NCBI GenBank assembly: GCA_030593645.1
Contig: JAUVGT010000002.1
Location: 1 to 32,169 of the forward strand
Origin: Deltaproteobacteria bacterium
Lineage (GTDB): Bacteria > Desulfobacterota > Desulfobacteria > Desulfobacterales > JAUVGT01
Length of the DNA stretch: 32,169 bases
Direction of reading: 5' to 3'
The notes under the pieces: model-generated
Seen by the model: only the letters and a program-made list of their open reading frames with translations
What the model was told of the DNA's origin: nothing
Databases searched by the model: none
Program-made: the position numbers and the translations under genes
Shown: positions 25,081 through 32,169 of the stretch, in pieces
How positions within the stretch are numbered: the stretch's first letter is position 1
How the letters are laid out: each line of letters opens with the position of its first letter

Positions 25081-27114
25081 CTATTTCTTGAGCATAAAAC
25101 TATCGAATGCTTTTTTTATCGCAGAAGCCGGTCCGATGAAAATAACACGATCATCAACCTCGATAGTTGTCGTGCCGCGCGGGACCACAAATTTGTTATC
25201 CCTGATTATCGCGGCAATCAAGCACCCTTTGGGTATATCAACATCCCGGATGAGCGTTCCAGTTACCTTCGCGTTTTCAGGAACGCTCACTTCCAAAAGA
25301 CTTGCTGCTCCGATTCCAAATTCGAAAAGCTGCGCTAAAACGGGGTTGTCGAGAATATTTTCAACCATCGCCGCAGTCGCCCAGGGTGCGTTTACCACCT
25401 GTACTTTGTTCTGCTCAAGGAGCTGTGTATATTCTTGATTTTGGACAATTGCGATGATTTTTTCAAGTTTTAACTCTCTGGCCTGGAGGGCCGCGATTAC
25501 ATTCCGGCCATCATCTTCAAAGGCAGCGATGACAACATCAATATTATCAATGCCTACCTGTCGCAATAATTCCCTCTTTGTGCCGTCTCCCTGGTAAATT
25601 GGAACATTGTAGCGTCTTTCAAGTTCCTTACATAATGCCCCGTCTTCTTCAATGAAGGTAACCTGATGTTCCGCTGAACGAAACATCATCTGGTACTCAT
25701 CTTTTGCCATGAGGCGATCAGCTATGTTTTGACCCTGTTTTCCTCCACTTATGATAAGCACCCGCATACGCATTCTCCTTAATTTATATATAAACAATTT
25801 CAATGATTTTACATGGGTTTTTGCCAATTTAATCACTTCAGCGCGGTTATCGAAATTGAAAAGATATATTCCGCTTCCAACCAGTGTCAGTATCCCTCCC
25901 AAAATAAAACTTCTTGTTTCCAATGCCGGAACGAACATCCAGGTGGTTACCACTCCCAGGTAAGGTATCCAGGGAAACAATATGGTTCGAAATGGACGTC
26001 TCAAATTTGGCATCCGTCTGTGCAATGGAATCACCGCATAATTGATTATCCCGAGTCCCATCAGGTAGCCAAAATCACTCAAAGAAGCCACAAATTTTAC
26101 GATACCTGAAGAGCTGAAAATAATCACAATCAGGGCACACACACAAAGAGCGATATGCGGAGTTTGAAATTTCGGGTGCAGCCGGGCGAAAATGGTGGGA
26201 AAATGCTCATCGCGCCCCAATGCGTACAAAATGCGGGCACTGGCGCCCAATGTCACGCTGAACGCGGAAAGGCTAGCCATTATAGTCGCTATGATTCCAG
26301 CCCAAAGTCCCCAGGCACCGAAAAGCCGCTCAGCAGTATAGATGAACGGAATGTCACTTTTGGCAAGTTCAGAATAATTGACAGTACCCATCATGACACC
26401 GACCACAAATACATAGATTACTGTACTCACACCCAGTGTGATCAGAATCGCTCGAGGAATGTTCTTACCCGGTTCAATAATTTCTTCGGCCGCGTTCGAG
26501 ATCAGTTCGAACCCGACATAGGAAATATAGATGAGGGCCATCGCCGGAACAAAGGGACCCCATCCCATGGGAGCAAAAGGTTCCAAATTGGGCGGTTCAA
26601 TATCAGTACAGCCGAGCACGGCAACTCCAACCAGAACCACCAACTCCACCAGATTCATTATAGTAATAACTATAATGGCTTCCTTCATTCCCCTTAAGTT
26701 GATGGCAGCGAATACAATAGTGGTGATCAGGCTGATGAGGGCAATATTGGCACCCGGTAAAAAGTAGGCGCGGATCGTCATGGCAAAGATAAGGGCGTAC
26801 ATCGAACAGGCGAGAGTGTTGCCGATCCAGAAAAACCAGCCGGTAAAAAACGCCACAGGTCTGTTAAGTGTTCTACTGGTAAAGGAGTATCCGCCGCCGG
26901 CTAAGGGAATGGCTGCACTGAGCTCGCTGTAATTTAACGCGGTAAATACAGTTAAAAAACCCATCGCCAGATAAACGAGAATTCCAAGCGGGCCGATCAT
27001 ATGCGCCAGCTCACCCGGCAGGGCAAAAATTCCGGGTCCCATGGTGGCGCCAATGCCGATCATTACCGCCATAAACAAGCCCATATTCCGTTTGACACTT
27101 ATTTGTTCCGGCAT
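25081..27114 (-). CDS. APC-family amino acid permease fused to a C-terminal TrkA/KtrA-like RCK_N + RCK_C module
   Basis: IGATMGPGIF, YSELSAAIPLAGGGYSF, YVGFELI...EEIIEPGKNIPRAI, ARILYALGRD; then VLIISGGKQG, YQGDGT, IAAIIRDNKFVVPRGTTTIEVDDRV. Confidence 0.92.
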   Translation of the reverse strand: MPEQISVKRNMGLFMAVMIGIGATMGPGIFALPGELAHMIGPLGILVYLAMGFLTVFTALNYSELSAAIPLAGGGYSFTSRTLNRPVAFFTGWFFWIGNTLACSMYALIFAMTIRAYFLPGANIALISLITTIVFAAINLRGMKEAIIVITIMNLVELVVLVGVAVLGCTDIEPPNLEPFAPMGWGPFVPAMALIYISYVGFELISNAAEEIIEPGKNIPRAILITLGVSTVIYVFVVGVMMGTVNYSELAKSDIPFIYTAERLFGAWGLWAGIIATIMASLSAFSVTLGASARILYALGRDEHFPTIFARLHPKFQTPHIALCVCALIVIIFSSSGIVKFVASLSDFGYLMGLGIINYAVIPLHRRMPNLRRPFRTILFPWIPYLGVVTTWMFVPALETRSFILGGILTLVGSGIYLFNFDNRAEVIKLAKTHVKSLKLFIYKLRRMRMRVLIISGGKQGQNIADRLMAKDEYQMMFRSAEHQVTFIEEDGALCKELERRYNVPIYQGDGTKRELLRQVGIDNIDVVIAAFEDDGRNVIAALQARELKLEKIIAIVQNQEYTQLLEQNKVQVVNAPWATAAMVENILDNPVLAQLFEFGIGAASLLEVSVPENAKVTGTLIRDVDIPKGCLIAAIIRDNKFVVPRGTTTIEVDDRVIFIGPASAIKKAFDSFMLKK
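25765..25780 (-). promoter_or_regulatory. Internal Shine-Dalgarno plus in-frame ATG at the start of the RCK module
   Basis: Minus strand AAGGAG-AATGCGT-ATG; the ATG at 25767 is Met450 and would give a 228-aa stand-alone RCK protein. Confidence 0.6.
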
Positions 27115-27231
27115 AAATGAATACTCCCAGAATTGATATGAATATCACTAATGACAAAAAATAGCCCAGGTCAATAAAAAATCGCCTCGTGAATCATAAA
27201 GGCGTCGCTTACTGCGATCACATATCTCCTG

Positions 27232-29073
27232 TTATTTCAAATGCTCTTCAGTATATAATGACAGCTCGATCATCCGCTCAAGAAGTTCATCGGTCTGCAT
27301 TCCCGGAAAATTGTGACGGATCAGCTCTTTACAAAACAGGCGGCAAATATACCTGAGTTTCCGCCTTTTCACCTTGCCGGCATAGACAAAGTCCCTGTGT
27401 CCATTATTGATAATCACAACGTTTTTGTCCACATCGAATTGTGAGCGCCACATTTCACCCGGTGCACGGCGATAGGTGTATCCCGGAAGTCCTTTACGAT
27501 GACCCGCATCTTTAGAAGATTGATCCAGGAGAGTTTCGGTGACGGTGATTAAGGCTTCATCCCTGCATTCCGTGTCTCCCTGCCGGACAATGACTATCAA
27601 TGTAGTCAGACATGGTTCCGGAGGCGCGCTAAACGTGACCGATTCCGTATTATTCTCGAGAAGCTGACCGTCTCCATCACTAATTTCCCATTGATATTCC
27701 AGGTTTTCCAAAACAGTCCGCCGCGAGCGGTCCCGGCAGACCACGCGGTATGTCTTGCGTTTATCGACTGAAACAACACTCGATTTCGGCGTAATCAACG
27801 CGCTGAATAAAGGGCCGGCATATTCAAAAAACTGCATTTGTCCGGTTTCATCGATATTCCGTTCGGATAAATCGGCAGGCTCACTTTCGCGACCGTTTTC
27901 ATTTTCAGGGCTCACGGACAACGGCCCGGTCGAAAAAACAGTACCCGGCTTTTTTTTTGCCATCCCGGCATGGATATCGAACCAGTCATACTCCTCTTCC
28001 GGGAGCCGTAAAAACGCTTCTTTGAGTGCGCGCTGAACCCGGCGTAAAATAAGACGGCTCGATCGCTCCTCTTCCGCTTTACGCTGGTCATCGATGATTT
28101 CCTGCAGATGACTTTCGACGGGCACCATCGCCTGGGAAAATGTGTGAAAACGGTCATCACGTATAATGCCTTGACGCGTCCCCGGTGTGAGGTTTAAAAA
28201 CGGCGCGTCCACAATTCCTTCCACGTATCCGGCCGTCCACGGCTCTTTTTGAAATTGTTCCAGTTCAGTTATTGAAGGAAGCACCCGCGTGCCCCGCCGA
28301 TACAGACCGACCCGGTTTGAAGGGCCCGGGTCGGTGAGATAAAGCTCCAGGTAGATATCACCGTGCAGAGTTTCAGCCGGTTTTAATTTGTGAAGCAGAC
28401 GCCCGGTAAATTGCCGCGGGACAACAATAAGCTCTTTTCTACCTGTACGGTCGATAATTTTTACCGTCACTTCAGCAGATTTTATCCGGTCCCGGAGTTC
28501 GGATGCGAGGTAGCGCTGGATTTTTTCACCGGTCAGAGACCGCAGGCCGGGAAGTAATGGATGGATCATCAGGTCCGTTCCCTTAATGGGGAGCATTATC
28601 CGCTTATCCTTGACGGTAAAATCGGGCGAATCCTTGGCCATGGTCATCTCATACGTTTTACCGTCCGCACCGCTGCTGGCCATGTTCAGGTTGTGACCCA
28701 CCGTCCAGAAACTAAGGAGACCGATGCCGAATTCACCCTGGATATCAGCCGATCTTTCGGACTTGAACTGCCGTTTGATGGAATCACAAATGTGGGTGGC
28801 CACGCGGCGGAAATCGGGAAGCCCGTCTTTATTTCTTGGAATTCCCTCACCATCGTCACTGATCTTGAGATAGAATTCACCTTTCTTTTTCCCCCTGATG
28901 ATAACGATCTGCTTTGCGCGCGCGTCAATGCTGTTTTCCACAAATTCGGCCACCGCTTTCAGGGGATTGGCCTGAGAATTGGCGATGATGCTGATGGCGT
29001 TCCAATGATCGGCAATGCGCAGCTTTCCAGTACGAACGTCTTTCCTTTTCTTTTTACGCATGGATTTTGACAT
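27232..29073 (-). CDS. GHKL-family (MORC/Hsp90-like) ATPase with a C-terminal beta-rich, Ig-like region
   Basis: AEFVENSIDA (N box), SDDGEGI (G1), QGEFGIGLLSF (G2), KGT. Start is probably ATG 29073 or 29061 rather than the TTG at 29130. Confidence 0.85.
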   Translation of the reverse strand: MSKSMRKKKRKDVRTGKLRIADHWNAISIIANSQANPLKAVAEFVENSIDARAKQIVIIRGKKKGEFYLKISDDGEGIPRNKDGLPDFRRVATHICDSIKRQFKSERSADIQGEFGIGLLSFWTVGHNLNMASSGADGKTYEMTMAKDSPDFTVKDKRIMLPIKGTDLMIHPLLPGLRSLTGEKIQRYLASELRDRIKSAEVTVKIIDRTGRKELIVVPRQFTGRLLHKLKPAETLHGDIYLELYLTDPGPSNRVGLYRRGTRVLPSITELEQFQKEPWTAGYVEGIVDAPFLNLTPGTRQGIIRDDRFHTFSQAMVPVESHLQEIIDDQRKAEEERSSRLILRRVQRALKEAFLRLPEEEYDWFDIHAGMAKKKPGTVFSTGPLSVSPENENGRESEPADLSERNIDETGQMQFFEYAGPLFSALITPKSSVVSVDKRKTYRVVCRDRSRRTVLENLEYQWEISDGDGQLLENNTESVTFSAPPEPCLTTLIVIVRQGDTECRDEALITVTETLLDQSSKDAGHRKGLPGYTYRRAPGEMWRSQFDVDKNVVIINNGHRDFVYAGKVKRRKLRYICRLFCKELIRHNFPGMQTDELLERMIELSLYTEEHLK

Positions 29074-29280
29074 GGTTGACTCTATTTGGTTTCCATATAT
29101 TTGACACGCCAGGTGAATAATGCGTCCCAATTTTACCCTTCAAGAAGGAAAATGCAAGAATATTATAGATGTTATGTTTTAAGAAGAAATCTCTCTGAAC
29201 CAAATACAGCTAAATTAGGTGGTGATTACCACATTTTGCGGCCATATAAATATGATAAATATCACAAAATATGCTCGAAT

Positions 29281-29459
29281 CTTGAAGTGAAAGCCGGTAT
29301 TAATCCCCGAGTAAAAGCCTGCACTCATACAACAAACAGTATTCACCACCAATTCTTTTAAGATCAACCATTCTGAATCTTAAAAAGGACGGGAAAATAG
29401 TTAATCTGCCGCTTTACGCCATATCTCAATTAGGACTGGTCACACATGCCAGTCAATAA
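29281..29459 (+). pseudogene. Frameshifted C-terminal remnant of an AAA ATPase/DUF4143 (COG1373-like) gene
   Basis: LEVKAGINPR in frame 1, shift at ~29310, then SKSLHSYNKQYSPPILLRSTILNLKKDGKIVNLPLYAISQL in frame 3. EVK...KSL...NLPLY resembles the C-terminus of that family as recalled, not searched. Confidence 0.65.
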
Positions 29460-29719
29460 CGGCTTTCTGTCAGCTCAATTGGTGATAACCCATTTGTTCT
29501 ACCTAAATTGACTGCAATTAATTGGGAGAAGATCCCTCAAAAAAGAACCTTGTATTGTAATTCCTGTTGAAGTCAAATCATGCGACTATTTATAGAGGAA
29601 TATAATGGAGTCGATTACAGCCTATAATCGACTCAAAAAATAATCCGGAAGAATATATTATGGAAAATCTATCCGATTGAAACAATTAAAATCGATTTAA
29701 AACCCCTACAACTATTAAC

Positions 29720-30229
29720 TCAATCGCGCTTCTTGCTAAATGCTTTCTTTAGGGTAGCAAAAGGTAAAAAAAGCTCAAGCGGGTTATCAGGAAGAGAAAA
29801 AAAACCAAACTGCCCGTAATAAGTTTTTGCCTCTTCCTTTGCATCAACAAAGAAACCGAAAATACCGAGATGTTCGGACACTTTTAGTACGCGTTCAATC
29901 GCGTTTACCAGCATATACTTCCCCAAACCTGTTTTCTGATGTTTTTTACGAACAGCAAGTCTGGCTAGTTTTGCAGCAGGTGCTCGCAAAGGATATTTTT
30001 TTGAATATTTCCGTGGTAATTTATCTACAACTATTTCGCATGAAGACAAGGTAAAATAACCCAGGATTTCAGTCATATTGTTTTCATTCACCAGCACAAA
30101 AGTTCTTGAAATACCTTTTTCCGCATGCTGCCTTGCGGTATTTCTTAGATAACGATTTAAATCATTGTTACCGCAGTCAAAACCTTTCCTGTCATGATGT
30201 TGGGCAAGGGGTTCAATTTTCAGCTTCAT
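29720..30229 (-). CDS. GNAT acetyltransferase toxin (TacT/AtaT/KacT-like) of a type II TA system
   Basis: HDRKGFDCGNNDLNRYL, ILGYFTLS, LARLAVRKKHQKTGLG, VDAK...YYGQFGF; overlaps the upstream DUF1778 gene by 17 bp. Confidence 0.93.
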   Translation of the reverse strand: MKLKIEPLAQHHDRKGFDCGNNDLNRYLRNTARQHAEKGISRTFVLVNENNMTEILGYFTLSSCEIVVDKLPRKYSKKYPLRAPAAKLARLAVRKKHQKTGLGKYMLVNAIERVLKVSEHLGIFGFFVDAKEEAKTYYGQFGFFSLPDNPLELFLPFATLKKAFSKKRD

Positions 30230-30500
30230 CGGCTAAACCATCATAAGCTCTAACAGCATTAACCAATTTTTGATTCGGATCCGGTGGGTTTTCAAGTGTA
30301 TCAAAAAACTTCTTTGAAGATTTCTTTGACATGATTATGAAATGGCTGTGCTCGATAACTTTTTGTGCTTTTTCATAAGCGGATTGCACAAGAAACTGGT
30401 TAAGTGTTGAGCCTGTAACTTCAGCCGCTTGTGCCAGTATTTCATAAACCTGCTGAGGGACTCTTGCTGATACACGCTGGTTTTGCTTTTCTAATGCCAT
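30213..30500 (-). CDS. DUF1778 ribbon-helix-helix antitoxin (TacA/AtaR-like)
   Basis: RVSARVP...ILAQAAEVTGSTLNQFLVQSAYEKAQKVI...FFDTLENPPDPNQKL. Start moved to ATG 30500 (95 aa) after a GGAG RBS. Confidence 0.93.
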   Translation of the reverse strand: MALEKQNQRVSARVPQQVYEILAQAAEVTGSTLNQFLVQSAYEKAQKVIEHSHFIIMSKKSSKKFFDTLENPPDPNQKLVNAVRAYDGLADEAEN

Positions 30501-30546
30501 AGCTTCCACTCCATAATTAATTTTTCGATCATATTTCTTAGAACTA

Positions 30547-30575
30547 AACATAACAATTTGGCGCCAAAATGGCAA
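30547..30575 (-). promoter_or_regulatory. TA operon promoter with a palindromic operator in the spacer
   Basis: Minus strand TTGCCA, 17 bp spacer, TATGTT with extended TGn; perfect palindrome TTTGGCGCCAAA at 30557-30568. Confidence 0.6.
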
Positions 30576-30746
30576 CAAATTTATTTTCTTCCTGGTATGC
30601 GTGGCAGATGAAAAAGGCATGAGCTATTACGGTGACAAGTCCATTATGAACAAGCTTTCCATGGATCTGAGCACCCTTCAAGATACACGATCAGGCTTGA
30701 TACAAAGTATAGTTTGCCCCGATTTTTTTCAACGGTGTCTATAATT

Positions 30747-30897
30747 GATGGTCTCGTAAAAAGTCCGAATTAGACGGTTTTGTAAAAGGTTCAAATTCAA
30801 GGCGTGCAATTTTTGTAATGATGAAGCGTACTTATCGGACGTTGAATCATTGCAAAATGCAGCACAACGCAGAAGTTGGACTTTTTACGAAACCGTC
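30747..30897 (+). mobile_element. MITE-like element, copy 2
   Basis: GATGGTCTCGTAAAAAGTCC ... GGACTTTTTACGAAACCGTC with AATT on both sides; nearly identical to 32035-32169. Confidence 0.82.
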
Positions 30898-31089
30898 AAT
30901 TTTCGTTTTCAACAATTCTGCTGATCGATAGGGCAATAGAAAAAGTATTTGACCCTATACTGTAATTAATATATATAAATTACCATATTTTTCCATATAA
31001 AGAATATTATTTTTGTATTAGTTGTTGGATAAAGAAACAAGCTATTACAAACAGTTCATTTTTGAAACTATGCTTAAAAGGAGTTTGTT

Positions 31090-31935
31090 ATGAATTTCAA
31101 GTTACGTGTCCGGACCTGGATAGCAATCGTTTCCACCATGTTGGTTCTATCTTGGGCCATGTGGATTTTTCTCAATTATGTTCCCTTTTATCTGCCGAGT
31201 TACATGGTGTGGGGCGGGATTCTTGTTATTGGTGGCGGATGTGTCGGTATGATATTTCCGGTCAAAAAATTTGGATTTGTAACTCGAAAACATTCAGCGA
31301 TTGCCGCCCTATCTGGTTTGTTACTGGTAGTAATCACTATTCTTTGGCCCCCATCCGTCGCTCCCTCCCGGCGAGAGTATCAGCGGCTTGATGACTTCCT
31401 TCCTCGATTTCAGTGTTCCGAATATCACCAGGAGATTGCATCCGTGTCTGCCAAAACGATGATCGAAGCGGCACCGAAGGTAAGCCTGTCCGATATCCCA
31501 ACAGCCGTTTTTCTGTTACGAGTGCGTGCCTGGGCTGGTGGAAAAAGATAGCAACCCGATCCCGAAACTGTTCTGCTTCTTGATTTCAAGCCGGGTTCAG
31601 GATTTCTGGTATTGGATGATTCGGATCCTTCTGAGTTAGTTTATGGTATGGTTGGCCGGCCATGGATCAATGAGGTCCCACCAGATGTTCGTACGGCAGA
31701 ACAGTTCAGAGCATTTAATCAACCGGGACATATCAAAGTCGCCTTCAACATTCGAACGATAGATCAAGGTAAGCAGAACACGCTTATTTCTACGGAAACA
31801 CGAATTCTTGGTAACGATAAGTTGGCACAAACGCGTTTCGCCCGTTACTGGCGAGTTATCTACCCCGGCAGTTCTATTATTCGCAGGATATGGTTAAACG
31901 CCATCATCAACAAGGCTAAAAAGTCTGAACAATAG
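31090..31935 (+). pseudogene. Membrane protein with a DUF2867-like C-terminal domain, interrupted by one in-frame TAG at 31549-31551
   Basis: ORFs 31090-31551 and 31612-31935 share a frame and the intervening codons are open (QPDPETVLLLDFKPGSGFLVL). LDDFLPRFQCSEYH and STETR...RFARYWRVIYPGSSIIRRIWL look like two halves of one domain. AAGGAG RBS. The family name is tentative. Confidence 0.7.
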
Positions 31936-32034
31936 GTTGAGCCTGAATCCAGTATGTTGGTTCGAAACTGTGTAGTTATTACAATTCAGAGCCTATGGGT
32001 TTTCGATGCTTTTTAGCAACTCATTCGCAATATT

Positions 32035-32169
32035 GATGGTCTCGTAAAAAGTCCGAATTAGACGGTTTCGTAAAGAGTTCAAATTCAAGGCGTGCAATTT
32101 TTGTAATGATGAAGCGTACTTATCGTACGTTGAATCATTGCAAAATGCAGCACAACGCAGAAGTTGGAC
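32035..32169 (+). mobile_element. MITE-like element, copy 3 (truncated by the window end)
   Basis: Near-identical to 30747-30881, same orientation, preceded by AATATT. Confidence 0.82.

Noticed and set aside
29086-29361. 91-aa plus-strand ORF
   Set aside because: No RBS; only LEVKAGINPR looks coding and it belongs to the frameshifted remnant.
30620-30746. Possible transposon end or remnant upstream of the TA promoter (TTACGGTGACA...)
   Set aside because: Only a vague resemblance; no partner end or transposase fragment is visible.
31920-32030. Possible integron attC site after the last gene
   Set aside because: No convincing RYYYAAC/GTTRRRY pair with a complementary stem, and no integrase in the window.
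1-32169. tRNA, rRNA, transposase, integrase or prophage genes
   Set aside because: None recognised by eye on either strand.

Overview
Bacterial chromosomal window. Gene content and intergenic repeat style suggest a deltaproteobacterial, Desulfobacterales-like anaerobe (inference). Left to right: (1) a minus-strand MoxR ATPase / DUF58 / membrane transglutaminase triad, truncated at the left edge; (2) a small accessory patch with a MITE-like element, a frameshifted pseudogene and an orphan secreted protein; (3) alanine dehydrogenase under a clear sigma54 promoter, next to an ACT-PAS-AAA-HTH activator, and a chemoreceptor; (4) a ~13.7-kb plus-strand acyl-CoA degradation cluster headed by a TetR gene; (5) an APC amino-acid permease fused to a TrkA/KtrA RCK module, with an apparent internal translation start; (6) a solo GHKL (MORC-like) ATPase; (7) an AT-rich accessory islet with an ATPase remnant, a DUF1778/GNAT toxin-antitoxin pair, and a gene interrupted by one in-frame TAG that lies between two more MITE copies. 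The best candidate for an undescribed system is the core of cluster (4). Two adjacent fusion proteins, hydratase-2/SDR/SCP2 and Cys-less HMG-CoA-synthase-like/DUF35/SDR/SCP2, share a duplicated SDR-SCP2 module and are followed by an SCPx-type thiolase. This suggests a self-assembling, peroxisome-like (R)-specific beta-oxidation complex encoded alongside an (S)-specific FadJ. All calls come from reading motifs by eye; no searches were run, so novelty is unverified.
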